A stretch of DNA of 43,953 nucleotides from an uncultured Campylobacter sp. (GTDB taxonomy: Bacteria; Campylobacterota; Campylobacteria; Campylobacterales; Campylobacteraceae): NCBI GenBank assembly GCA_963518485.1, contig CAUQJW010000001.1:1-43953 (forward strand), given 5' to 3'. Shown piece by piece: positions 20,333 through 29,876 of the stretch (position 1 is its first letter; every line of letters begins with the position of its first letter). Both the position numbers and the translations under genes were made by a program. The notes below the pieces were generated by a model, which did no database searches, had not been told where the DNA came from, and was given only the letters and a program-made list of their open reading frames with translations.

Positions 20333-21409
20333 TCAAATTTGTGCTACCAAAACCTCGCGGCTATCGTTATAAAGCTCGTCTTTAGCGTAGATCTCGTATC
20401 TGCCCGCGCAAATTTCATCCAGCACGATTATTGAATTTTGGCTAAATTCTCCGCACAGCTCGCGGCGGATTTCCAGCTCGCGAGATACCGCGATAGGGAG
20501 GCGGCAAAGCTCGTTTACGCTAGCGAATTTTTCGCCCGAGAGCTCGTTAAATTTAGCTAAATTTAATAGCGTCACGCCGTCTCGTAGCTCGTCGCAAATT
20601 TGAGCTGCCTCGCTCACGCTAAATTTGACGCTCTCGCGCTTAAAATGCGAGTAGAGCAAAAAATACGACGGTACGACCGAGCCGCCAAATTTGACGTAGG
20701 CGCGCAGCAAGCGGTAGTTTAAAAAATACTTACGCGATAGATGAAACGGCGCGCCCGCAGCCTCGCACTCTCGAACCTTTTCATAAAGCTCCAGACGCTC
20801 CTCGATTCCGCCCGGCATCACGCGCCCGCTAACCTCGCTCATAAGCTCGCTAAGCGGCAGTTTTTGCGCCTCGCGCTGTTTGCTGAGCCCGAAAATACAG
20901 CCGCAGTAGTTTTGATGATAGAGTTTATCTTTTTTAGCGAGCTCAAACTGCGCGTTCGTGCCGCCGCCAGCGCGGTAGTCCACGGCAAATGTTTCGAGGC
21001 CGTATTTGCCCGCAGCCTTATTTAGCGCGGATTCAAGCTGCGAGAAGTCCTTTTTCGGGCTCATCAGCAGCGTCGTGGTGATCGATTTTTCGCCTAGTTC
21101 GCGCGCCTTTTGGGCCGAATTTCCCACGCGAAAATCAAAGCAATAAGCACAGCGCTTGCCCTTTTCGGGCTCGTTCTCAAGCCCTTTTGCGCCCGCGAGC
21201 CACGCCTCGTATTCGTATTCGCCGCAGATGAGCTCGACGCCTAGCTTTTCGCAGCTCCTTTTTACGTCGCGAAACCTCATCAAAAACTCGCTGTACGGAT
21301 GGATGTTGGGGTCGTAAAAATAGCCGATGAGACGTTCGTGCGGGCGGTCGGCGCGCAGGCGTTGCAGAAAATAGTGGCTGTCGACCGAGCAGCAGATATG
21401 AACTAACAT
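20333..21409 (-). CDS. queH: Epoxyqueuosine reductase QueH (DUF208) with C-terminal extension
   Basis: HICCSVDS, PNIHP, EKGKRCAYCF, YHQNYCGC. Confidence 0.85.
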   Translation of the reverse strand: MLVHICCSVDSHYFLQRLRADRPHERLIGYFYDPNIHPYSEFLMRFRDVKRSCEKLGVELICGEYEYEAWLAGAKGLENEPEKGKRCAYCFDFRVGNSAQKARELGEKSITTTLLMSPKKDFSQLESALNKAAGKYGLETFAVDYRAGGGTNAQFELAKKDKLYHQNYCGCIFGLSKQREAQKLPLSELMSEVSGRVMPGGIEERLELYEKVRECEAAGAPFHLSRKYFLNYRLLRAYVKFGGSVVPSYFLLYSHFKRESVKFSVSEAAQICDELRDGVTLLNLAKFNELSGEKFASVNELCRLPIAVSRELEIRRELCGEFSQNSIIVLDEICAGRYEIYAKDELYNDSREVLVAQI

Positions 21410-21719
21410 TATAATTCCCCATAAACGACGGATTTTAGAATAAATTTTTCTATACCCGCCGCAGTCACGGACGACCGGCCCGCTCCTTTGCGGGCAAGAA
21501 AAATTTATTTAAACTACGCCTATTTCGTCTTGAATAATTTTTGCCGATTTTACTAAATTTAACTGCAAATTTCATTAAAGCTAGCAACTTAAATTTAAAA
21601 ATGTGCGGCGTGCTAGTTTCGAGCGATGTATCAAATTTGAAAACCAAATTTAGCGCCGTCAAGATGCGGGTCTCGGCGACTCAAATTTATAAATTTGAAA
21701 TTTGACTATAAAAAGTCAA

Positions 21720-21836
21720 GGCGAAGTATCGCTAGATGATTTTTCGAGTTTTGAAGCAAAATTGAGCGTGCGCTAGGCATATAGCCTGCGGAGCGAAATT
21801 TTGCGAAATCTCGGAAAAGCGCTCGCGAGACAAGCC
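21720..21836. repeat. Long imperfect hairpin (REP/MITE-like or structured RNA candidate)
   Basis: Nested complementary arms around a central AGGC-ATATA-GCCT (see findings). Confidence 0.5.
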
Positions 21837-21847
21837 GCAAATCAAAA

Positions 21848-22738
21848 TCAATCGCTCAAAAATTCTATTATTTTTATTTCACACTCTTTGACCGAACCGC
21901 TAAATTTACTCTCAAACTGCGATCTATTAAACGTCCGCTGACGCTTGGCCAGCTGCGCCGTGTGCGTGCAGATGAGCTCCTCTAGCTCAGCCTCGGTTTT
22001 GATCTCGCCTCGCAAAAACTCGCCGCACTCTTTTAGTCCGACCGAGTTTAGCGGCTTTGGTCGCTGCGGATATCTCTCAAAGAGCTCCCGCGCTTCGTCC
22101 AGTAAACCCTGCTCAAACATCGCCCTAGTGCGCTCTTTGATACGCCCTCTTAGCTCGCCCCTATCCCAGCTAAGCTCGAAAATCGCCAAATTTGACGCAA
22201 CGGGAGCTAGGGTATTTTCGCGCAGATACGCGCTCACGGCATCATCCCGCCCGCTAGAGCGCAAAAACGAGTAGATATCAAACCACTTTTGCAGGCGGTA
22301 GGTGTCGTTTGCGCTAAATTTGGCGGCAAATTCGGGATCGAGGCTTGAAACGAGCTCGTAAATTTGAGCGTTTGATAGGCCGCTTTCTACGCGCTCAAAT
22401 TTAGGCGTGAGACCCGACAGCAAGGCCTTTAGATAAAATCCGCTGCCGCCCGTTATAAATAAATTTTTACCGTTTTTTTGCGCAAATTCGCGAGCCGTTT
22501 TATAAACCTCAAAAAACATCCCGACGTCAAAATGCTCATCGGGCATGAGCAAATTTATCCCAAAATGCGGCACCGAAGCTAACTCGTCTGCACTCGGTTT
22601 AGCGCTTGCGATATCGATAAATTTATAAACGCAAAGCGAATCAAGACTCAGAATAACTCCGTTAAATTCGCTCGCAAGCTTTAGCGCGAGCGCCGTTTTT
22701 CCGCTGGCGGTGGTGCCGATAACGGCGAGTTCTTTCAA
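21848..22738 (-). CDS. miaA: tRNA dimethylallyltransferase
   Basis: GTTASGKT, DSLCVY..IDIASAKP, GGSGFY, LAKRQRT. Confidence 0.95.
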   Translation of the reverse strand: MKELAVIGTTASGKTALALKLASEFNGVILSLDSLCVYKFIDIASAKPSADELASVPHFGINLLMPDEHFDVGMFFEVYKTAREFAQKNGKNLFITGGSGFYLKALLSGLTPKFERVESGLSNAQIYELVSSLDPEFAAKFSANDTYRLQKWFDIYSFLRSSGRDDAVSAYLRENTLAPVASNLAIFELSWDRGELRGRIKERTRAMFEQGLLDEARELFERYPQRPKPLNSVGLKECGEFLRGEIKTEAELEELICTHTAQLAKRQRTFNRSQFESKFSGSVKECEIKIIEFLSD

Positions 22739-23898
22739 GCGTAAAGACCCGAAAAAAGTAAGACCTCGTCGCTTTGCGCATTACTTTTGCCGCCGACTAA
22801 AAGCTCGACTAAAATTTTAGCTAGGCTCGGCGCGAAAAGCATTTCGTTAACCCCGAATCCGGCGCTAAAGCAGAGATTTTCAAATCTCTCGCTCCTACCG
22901 AAAAGCGGATAAAGATGAGGCGTAATCGCTATTTTTCTAGCCTTAAAAGTAGGGTTTTTTAGCTCGAAATAGCGGCAAAAAGGCTTTATTTTAGCTAGCG
23001 CGGAATTGATTTGAATCATATTTACGGCATCGTCGTCGCTATTTAGCTGCGGCTTAGCTTGTATAACGACCTTACCGTCTTTAGCGCTTATTTGAGTTAA
23101 AAGTTCGTTAATCAAAATACCCTCTTTGGGCGCTGAAATCTCGTCCGCTTCAAAACTTACTTCGTAAATTTTAGCGGGAATCAGCTCTAAATTTATGCCT
23201 AACTTACCCGCCAGCCCTTTGTCGGCTCCTGCGGCTTGGATGAAATTTTTCGCCTCGTAAACGCCCCTTTTGCAAACGAGCCTGGTTACGTCGCTGCCGT
23301 TATTTTCGTAGTTTATAGCTTCATCGGTAAAAAATTCTACTCCGCTTTTTACTAAAAAATCTTTTAAATTTTTAACCAAAACCTTAGCATTTAGCCTTGC
23401 GTTTCGCTTTAGCCTAATTACGCCTTTTACGCCCTTGTTTAAAAACCCGCATCCGCTTACGTCCGCGCCTAAAATCTCAAGCTTGTCGTCGCCTACTTTT
23501 ATAGTTTCTACCGTTTTTTTATATTCCGCCGTATCGGTAAAAACTAGCAAATTTCCGCTACGCTCAAAACCGAAATCGCCGATATCGTTTTGCAGCTCAC
23601 TAAAAATCTCGTAGCTTTTTTGAGCGAATTTGTGATATAAAATTTGAAGCTTTTTATCCGTTTTATTGGCCTGATTTAGCCCGAATTTTACGAGCCACGA
23701 GAGCAAATTTTTATCTACCGAAGCCGGAGCGGATAGCTGCTTAAAGTCGTTTATAAGATGTGAATTTAATACGCCTATCTCGCTAAAATCCAAATCGTCG
23801 CTTTTTGAAACGATCGCGACGCTAAGAGCGTTTTTCATACATGCATACGCGCTAAAAAGTCCCGAAATGCCGCTGCCTACTACGATAACGTCTCTCAT
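22735..23898 (-). CDS. FAD-dependent oxidoreductase (DAO/DadA-like, divergent)
   Basis: DVIVVGSGISG Rossmann motif; C-terminal TP...P.FG.....NL..SAGFG. Confidence 0.7.
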   Translation of the reverse strand: MRDVIVVGSGISGLFSAYACMKNALSVAIVSKSDDLDFSEIGVLNSHLINDFKQLSAPASVDKNLLSWLVKFGLNQANKTDKKLQILYHKFAQKSYEIFSELQNDIGDFGFERSGNLLVFTDTAEYKKTVETIKVGDDKLEILGADVSGCGFLNKGVKGVIRLKRNARLNAKVLVKNLKDFLVKSGVEFFTDEAINYENNGSDVTRLVCKRGVYEAKNFIQAAGADKGLAGKLGINLELIPAKIYEVSFEADEISAPKEGILINELLTQISAKDGKVVIQAKPQLNSDDDAVNMIQINSALAKIKPFCRYFELKNPTFKARKIAITPHLYPLFGRSERFENLCFSAGFGVNEMLFAPSLAKILVELLVGGKSNAQSDEVLLFSGLYA

Positions 23899-23985
23899 TT
23901 TAAAAGCCCCTTGGATAAATTTTTGGCATATTTTAGCAAATTTTCGTAATTTAGGCTAAAATAACGCAAAAAATACGGGCTAAAT

Positions 23986-24852
23986 ATGCAAAAATTTATA
24001 AACATTTTAAAAGATATTAACGAACTAATCGTCTTTAAGCACTCGATTTTCGCGCTACCTTTTATATTTACCGCGATGATAACGGCGAGCGCGCAGGTAA
24101 ACGGCACGGCTTGGTTTGGCTGGAAGTTGCTTATTTTGGGCGTTCTTTGCGCGGTTTCGGCGCGAAATTTCGCGATGGCTTTTAACCGCTACAAGGACGA
24201 GGACATCGACAAACTAAACCCGCGTACGGCAAATCGCCCGAGCGTGGACGGGCGTATCGGCAGGACGAATTTGCAAATTTTTATCGCGGCAAACGCCGTC
24301 ATTTTCGTGCTCGTCGCCTATCTCGTAAACGAGCTTGCGTTTTGGCTAAGCTTTCCGATCCTAGCCGTGCTTGGAGGATATTCTCTTTTTAAGCGTTTTA
24401 GCGAGCTAGCGCACCTAGTCCTTGGCCTCTCGCTAGGTCTCGCGCCCATCGCCGGAGCCGTCGCGGTTACGGGCGAGATACCGCTTTTTAGCGTGCTGCT
24501 CTGCCTTGGCGTGATGTTTTGGGTGGCGGGATTTGACCTGCTTTATTCGCTTCAGGATATCAAATTTGACCGCGAGCAAGGGCTTTTTAGCATCCCTAGC
24601 GTTTACGGCGAAAAGGCTACGATGTTTATCTCGGCGATCTTTCACGCTACGGCCGTGATCTTTTGGCTGCTTTTTGCGTGGGCGGGAGGGCTTGGCGCGG
24701 CCGCGTATGTGGGCATTTTGCTTTGTGGGGGCATCCTGGCGGCCGAGCACCGCATCGTTAGGCGGGATTTTAGCAAGATCGACCGCGCGTTTTTTACGTT
24801 AAACGGATACCTCGGCATACTTTTTTTCGTTTTCGTTTGGGCTAGCTTATGA
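23986..24852 (+). CDS. mqnP: UbiA-family menaquinone (futalosine pathway) prenyltransferase MqnP
   Basis: HSIFALPF, FNRYKDEDIDKLNPRT..RP, GFDLLYSLQD. Confidence 0.85.
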   Translation: MQKFINILKDINELIVFKHSIFALPFIFTAMITASAQVNGTAWFGWKLLILGVLCAVSARNFAMAFNRYKDEDIDKLNPRTANRPSVDGRIGRTNLQIFIAANAVIFVLVAYLVNELAFWLSFPILAVLGGYSLFKRFSELAHLVLGLSLGLAPIAGAVAVTGEIPLFSVLLCLGVMFWVAGFDLLYSLQDIKFDREQGLFSIPSVYGEKATMFISAIFHATAVIFWLLFAWAGGLGAAAYVGILLCGGILAAEHRIVRRDFSKIDRAFFTLNGYLGILFFVFVWASL

Positions 24853-25364
24853 GACTGGTTCCGGCAAATTTAGACATAGTTTTTGAGGAAGTGGGCGAGC
24901 GAGAGAGGGAGTTTCTAGCCGAATTTAATAGACTTAACGCAAACGAAGAAGATCCGTTAGGAGCATGGTTTAAAAGAGCAAAGGCAAGAGGCGACACCAA
25001 AGAGAGCGATCAGGTGCTTTTAACGCTAGTAATGGAACTCCACCGAAAATTCGACGAATTAAACGCTTTGGTCAGAAACGAAACGACGACCAAGCTGGAG
25101 TTAAAAAACGGCTGTGCGCTAGAGAGTATAGGCTTTGACGGACTAGGTATAAGAGAGGACTTGCTATCGGTAGGAGAAATTTACTATGCCAGGATATCTA
25201 TGCCGGTCTTTCCGAAGCGAGATATCGGGCTGTTTTTCGAGGCCGTTACGCAAAAAACCGGCAAAATAATCAAAATGCACGAAAACGACGAGAGCGACTT
25301 TAACGGCTACGTTACCTCAAGAGAGCGAATTATGATAAGAGAGCTAAGGGGCAAAGATGAATGA
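24849..25364 (+). CDS. Conserved Campylobacterales hypothetical protein
   Basis: 171-aa ORF translationally coupled to both neighbours. Confidence 0.75.
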   Translation: MRLVPANLDIVFEEVGEREREFLAEFNRLNANEEDPLGAWFKRAKARGDTKESDQVLLTLVMELHRKFDELNALVRNETTTKLELKNGCALESIGFDGLGIREDLLSVGEIYYARISMPVFPKRDIGLFFEAVTQKTGKIIKMHENDESDFNGYVTSRERIMIRELRGKDE

Positions 25365-25872
25365 AATTTTAATTATCGGCGTTTTGGCGGCTATTTTGGC
25401 GCTAATTGCGGGCTACGTATACATAAAAGATAGCGATGCGAATAGAAAATTCGCCAGATACGAAAAGGTCATGGAAGCGCTCGTTCAAGAAAATCACGCA
25501 ATAAAAAAGCGCCTCGAACAAATAGCGACGCGCAATTTAAACGATGAAGAAAATATCGACGTAGAGGCCTTGGAAGAAAGAATTTTATCCAAAATAGATT
25601 CGCGCGTAAATTCCAAAATAATCCCCGTTTTTAATACGCTTCAAAGCCTAGAAAATTCTATCGACAACTTCCAAAGCGAACAGCAAGATAAACTCTTTAG
25701 TATAGAAGAACGAACAAAAAGTATCGGCAAAATAACCCCCGACGAAAATAACGACGAGAGCAGAATACTAGCTATGTATCAAAGCGGTAAAAGCAAAGAA
25801 ACCATAGCGAAAGACCTAAGAATGGGCGTCGGCAAGGTGGAATTCGTGCTTAAATTTCACGGCGTTTTATAG
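25357..25872 (+). CDS. Membrane-anchored coiled-coil protein with C-terminal HTH-like tail
   Basis: N-terminal TM helix, coiled coil, C-terminal YQSGKSKETIAKDLRMGVGKVEFVL. Confidence 0.75.
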   Translation: MNEILIIGVLAAILALIAGYVYIKDSDANRKFARYEKVMEALVQENHAIKKRLEQIATRNLNDEENIDVEALEERILSKIDSRVNSKIIPVFNTLQSLENSIDNFQSEQQDKLFSIEERTKSIGKITPDENNDESRILAMYQSGKSKETIAKDLRMGVGKVEFVLKFHGVL

Positions 25873-25995
25873 TCTAAAATATAAAAAAATAACATCGTTT
25901 TTATAAGCCTATTTTAAAAAAAATTAAAGCTTAACTTCTTATAATGATTAAAATTTTTTCATAAAAAAGCTTTTTTGATAATTTAAGGAAATAAC

Positions 25996-26961
25996 ATGTT
26001 AGTAGACGGATACGGTCGCGTCGTCGATTATCTGCGTATCTCTGTTACCCAAAGATGTAATTTTCGTTGTAAATACTGTATGCCCAAAACTCCGTTTAGT
26101 TGGGAACCGAAAGAGAATTTACTAAGCTTTGAAGAGCTATTTTTATTCGTAAAAGTTTGCCTAGACGAGGGCGTGAAAAAAATCCGAATAACCGGCGGCG
26201 AACCGCTGGTAAGAAAAGATCTGGATAAATTTATCCGCATGATAAGCGATTACGATCCAAGCGTCGATTTAGCTATCACCACCAACGGCTTTATGCTAAG
26301 AAATTACGCTAAATCACTAAAAGAAGCCGGGCTAAAACGTATAAATATGTCGCTTGATACCCTAGACAGCAAAAAAGCCGAATTTATAGCCCAAAAAAGC
26401 GTGTTACACGAAGTTCTAGCCGGCCTTGACGCGGCGCTTGAGGCCGGGCTAAAGGTCAAACTAAACACCGTCGCATTAAAAGGCGTAAATGACGACGAAA
26501 TCGTTCCTTTACTAGATTTCGCGCGCGAGGCGGGCTGCCAAATCCGCTTTATCGAATATATGGAAAACATACACGCTAACGATGAATTAAAAGGCCTTAA
26601 AGCAAACGAAATTTTAAACATCGTAGGGCAAAAATATAGCTTCAAACAAAGTGAAAAAGGAACGGGTCCGGCTAGTATATACGAGCTTAAAGACGGATAT
26701 AAGTTTGGAGTTATAGACCCGCACAAGCACGACTTTTGCGAGAGTTGCAACCGTATCCGCCTAACGGCCGAAGGGTATCTCATCCCGTGCCTATACTTCG
26801 AAGACGCGATGAGCATAAAAGACGCCGTAAGGAAGGGTGACATAGCGGGTGCTAGCGAAATATTGCGCAAAGTACTGCAAAACAAACCTAAAGAGAACAA
26901 ATGGGCGATCGGCGCGCAAAACGAAACTTCAAGCCGCGCCTTTTACCAAACGGGCGGATAA
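25996..26961 (+). CDS. moaA: GTP 3',8-cyclase MoaA
   Basis: [28 protein letters not shown]...PCL; C-terminal GG. Confidence 0.97.
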   Translation: MLVDGYGRVVDYLRISVTQRCNFRCKYCMPKTPFSWEPKENLLSFEELFLFVKVCLDEGVKKIRITGGEPLVRKDLDKFIRMISDYDPSVDLAITTNGFMLRNYAKSLKEAGLKRINMSLDTLDSKKAEFIAQKSVLHEVLAGLDAALEAGLKVKLNTVALKGVNDDEIVPLLDFAREAGCQIRFIEYMENIHANDELKGLKANEILNIVGQKYSFKQSEKGTGPASIYELKDGYKFGVIDPHKHDFCESCNRIRLTAEGYLIPCLYFEDAMSIKDAVRKGDIAGASEILRKVLQNKPKENKWAIGAQNETSSRAFYQTGG

Positions 26962-26996
26962 TTCGATATAATGGACTCAAATTTTAAAGGCGGAAT

Positions 26997-27758
26997 TTGA
27001 GTTTAAATTTAGTAGAGAGCTTTTTAAGTATCCAAGGAGAGGGCGCAAGCGCAGGCAGGCTCGCCGTTTTTATTAGACTCGCCGGATGCAATCTAAGCTG
27101 TAAAGGCTTCGGGGTGCGCGCCGTATCTCCAAAAACCGGCGAAACGCTGATAGGTTGCGATACTGCTAGAGCCGTCTTTACCGATCATTTTAAATACGAA
27201 AAAATCTCAAACGCAAAAGAGCTTTTATCGTTACTAAAAAAATACGAAAATTTACGCCGAAAGCCTATTTTGGTAATTACCGGCGGAGAACCGCTGCTGC
27301 ATCATAAAAACGAGATTTTACTCGAGTTTTTAAAAACGGCAGATTTGCAAAACTACGAAATTCACTTTGAAACCAACGGTACTATAAAAATCGATTTCGA
27401 GAAATTTCCGATTTATAAAAAATGCCGCTTTGCCGTAAGCGTCAAGCTTGAAAATAGCGGCGAGAACGAGGCCAAACGAATAAATGCCGCCGCGCTAAAC
27501 GCAATAAAATCAAATGCCGCAAGCAGCTTTTATAAATTCGTTATCGACGAAAATAGCGTAAAAAACGGCAACGCCATAACGCAAATAGAAAAAATTTTAG
27601 CCGTTTGCGACAACGAGGTCTTTTGTATGCCGCAAGGTTATGATAAAATAAGCCTCGAAGAAAACGCAAGCAGCGTAGCTCAATTTGCCGTTAGGCACGG
27701 TTTTTGCTACTCGGACAGGATACATATTAGGCTCTGGGGAGATAAAGAAGGTGTTTAA
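26997..27758 (+). CDS. queE: 7-carboxy-7-deazaguanine synthase QueE
   Basis: SIQGEG, FIRLAGCNLSC...CDT, ITGGEP, ETNG. Confidence 0.92.
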   Translation: MSLNLVESFLSIQGEGASAGRLAVFIRLAGCNLSCKGFGVRAVSPKTGETLIGCDTARAVFTDHFKYEKISNAKELLSLLKKYENLRRKPILVITGGEPLLHHKNEILLEFLKTADLQNYEIHFETNGTIKIDFEKFPIYKKCRFAVSVKLENSGENEAKRINAAALNAIKSNAASSFYKFVIDENSVKNGNAITQIEKILAVCDNEVFCMPQGYDKISLEENASSVAQFAVRHGFCYSDRIHIRLWGDKEGV

Positions 27759-28340
27759 ATGATTATAAGAAAAACGTTTAAATTCGAAAACGCTCATATC
27801 GTTAGATTTTGTAGTTCTACTCGATGTCGCACGAGCATACACGGACACTCTTATAAAGCGGAAATTTTGCTTAGCTCGAATTTTTTAGATAACGCGGGGA
27901 TGGTTTACGACTTCGGTCTAATGAAACAAAATATAGCGACCATTATAGACGGTTTCGACCACTCTACGACCATATTTAGCGGCGATAACGAGGAATATAA
28001 AAACGATCTTAAAAAGCACTCCGCGCGCTGGGTAGAAATACCTTTAAACCCCTCTGCGGAGCAGTTTTGCAGGATATTTTTCGTGATTATAGATAGACTC
28101 TTGCAGGCTACTAAAATGCAAAACGGCGAGCGAGAAGTAAAACTTCACAGCGTTATAGTTCACGAAACCGATACGGGCTACGCGCAGTGCTTTGCCGAAG
28201 ACGCTTATAATTTGCAAATGGGCGAAATAAATTTGGACGATATTATATTTTCTCCGGCCGTCGTCGCCGAGTGGGAAAACCCGCGGCTATTTAACGACAT
28301 AAGATTTTTTAACGAAATCGTCAATCCTAAGGAAGTTTAA
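27759..28340 (+). CDS. queD: 6-carboxytetrahydropterin synthase QueD
   Basis: FENAH, C..IHGHSY, GMVYDF, FDH, PSAE, ET motifs. Confidence 0.9.
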   Translation: MIIRKTFKFENAHIVRFCSSTRCRTSIHGHSYKAEILLSSNFLDNAGMVYDFGLMKQNIATIIDGFDHSTTIFSGDNEEYKNDLKKHSARWVEIPLNPSAEQFCRIFFVIIDRLLQATKMQNGEREVKLHSVIVHETDTGYAQCFAEDAYNLQMGEINLDDIIFSPAVVAEWENPRLFNDIRFFNEIVNPKEV

Positions 28341-28522
28341 TGAAAAAAAGTTTCATCGTTCTGGCGATTTTGGTTACGATTTTTACGGGGTGCGAAGACG
28401 CGGAAGAACCGACAAACTACGATACGAACGAAACCGTTCCTAGCGACGTACCGATAGCAGCTCCGGATGCGAACGTAAGCATAGACGAAAATCTACCGCC
28501 CGAACCGGCCGCGGAAGGCTAA
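28340..28522 (+). CDS. Small acidic lipoprotein
   Basis: MKK + hydrophobic stretch + FTGC lipobox; TAATG overlap with queD; AAGGA RBS. Confidence 0.75.
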   Translation: MKKSFIVLAILVTIFTGCEDAEEPTNYDTNETVPSDVPIAAPDANVSIDENLPPEPAAEG

Positions 28523-28523
28523 A

Positions 28524-28937
28524 ATGAGATTTAACGAAGACCTAGCCGAGCTTTTCGAACTAGCCAAATGTATTCACCTTTACGTAGTTTTTATAATCGC
28601 GGCGCTAATCCTAGTCCATTTTTGTTTGGTAAATTTTAACGTAAATTCGCCGAGCTACGCAAAAAAAATAAAACTATTTTTGCCGGCCTATTACTCCTTT
28701 TTAGCCGTCATAGCTCTTACGGGATTGCTTTTAATGAGCGTATTTTATTTTACCCCAAACATCCGCTCGACCACCATGATAGCAGCCTTTTTTCTTTTAA
28801 TCGGATTCGGAGCTATGGAATTTAAATGGCTAAAAAGAGCGATTACAAACAAAAATTTTACGTATTTCAGGAAAAAAGCCAGGATAAAAATCGCGGCGGA
28901 TTTCATTTTAATTTTAATCGCAAGCGGAATAAGATGA
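28524..28937 (+). CDS. Integral membrane hypothetical protein
   Basis: About four hydrophobic segments; coupled to rsmE. Confidence 0.75.
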   Translation: MRFNEDLAELFELAKCIHLYVVFIIAALILVHFCLVNFNVNSPSYAKKIKLFLPAYYSFLAVIALTGLLLMSVFYFTPNIRSTTMIAAFFLLIGFGAMEFKWLKRAITNKNFTYFRKKARIKIAADFILILIASGIR

Positions 28938-29587
28938 AATTTTTATATTCCAAAGAAGCAAAAAACGAGCATATTAGACTCGACGGCGAGCCGTTATTAC
29001 ATCTTAAAGCTAGGCGCGTCAAACCGGGCGACAGAATTGACGTTAGGAATCTTCAAGACGGAATGAACTATATTTACGAGATAGCGAGTATCGATAAAAA
29101 AAACGCCGATTTAAATTTGATTTTTACCCACGGCGTCGAAGCTCAAAAAAGCGAGCTTACCGTCGCTTGGGCCGTAATAGAGCCTAAAATAATCGAAAAA
29201 ATGCTGCCCAGCCTAAACGAAATGGGCGTCGGTGAAATTATCTTTTTCTACGGCGATTTTTCGCAGAGAAATTTTAAACTCGACTTTGAGCGTTTAAATA
29301 GAATTTTAATAAACTCGTGCGAACAATGCGGAAGAAACGATTTGATGAAATTTAAGCTATTTGCAAACCTGGACGAGCTTACAAAGACATATAAAAACCT
29401 TGCTTTGGTAGATTTTGACGGAGCTAGTTTGGATGGCTTCGGTAAAGAAATTTTAGTCGTAGGGGCCGAAGGCGGCTTTAGCGAAAACGAGAGACGAAAA
29501 GTAGCTAAAAAATACGGACTAAGGGCTAAAAATATTTTACGCTCTCAGACGGCGATTTTAGGAGTAACGGCAAAAATTCTAATATAA
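28934..29587 (+). CDS. rsmE: 16S rRNA m3U1498 methyltransferase RsmE
   Basis: Start MKFLY at 28934; HLKARR, EMGV, EQCGRN, VGAEGGFS..E, ILRSQTA. Confidence 0.92.
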   Translation: MKFLYSKEAKNEHIRLDGEPLLHLKARRVKPGDRIDVRNLQDGMNYIYEIASIDKKNADLNLIFTHGVEAQKSELTVAWAVIEPKIIEKMLPSLNEMGVGEIIFFYGDFSQRNFKLDFERLNRILINSCEQCGRNDLMKFKLFANLDELTKTYKNLALVDFDGASLDGFGKEILVVGAEGGFSENERRKVAKKYGLRAKNILRSQTAILGVTAKILI

Positions 29588-29671
29588 ATTTGCTTTTTTG
29601 AAAACTTTTTTGTATAATCACGCCTTATTTTAAAAGCATATAAAAATGAAAATAGCCAAAAGGATATAAAA

Positions 29672-29872
29672 ATGAAAAAAGAAATTCATCCGGAATTTGT
29701 TGAGTGCAAAGTAACTTGCGCTTGCGGCAACACCTTCACTACGAAGTCAAACAAAAGCGAGATCAGAGTGGATATCTGCTCGGAGTGCCATCCGTTTTTT
29801 ACGGGCAGCGAAAAGATCGTAGATAGCGCGGGCCGCGTCGATAAATTTAAGAAAAAATATAACTTAAAATAG
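29672..29872 (+). CDS. rpmE: 50S ribosomal protein L31 (Zn-binding type)
   Basis: [27 protein letters not shown]. Confidence 0.98.
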   Translation: MKKEIHPEFVECKVTCACGNTFTTKSNKSEIRVDICSECHPFFTGSEKIVDSAGRVDKFKKKYNLK

Positions 29873-29876
29873 TCCT

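Noticed and set aside
21465..21662. 65-aa ORF upstream of queH, or a preQ1 riboswitch
   Set aside because: The ORF is a by-product of AAATTT-rich sequence (FKF/KF runs); no preQ1 aptamer consensus recognised.
26997..28340. queE/queD (with queH) as a 7-deazaguanine DNA-modification (dpd) defence system
   Set aside because: Housekeeping context (moaA, rsmE, rpmE) and no dpdA/tgt-like gene; ordinary queuosine synthesis.
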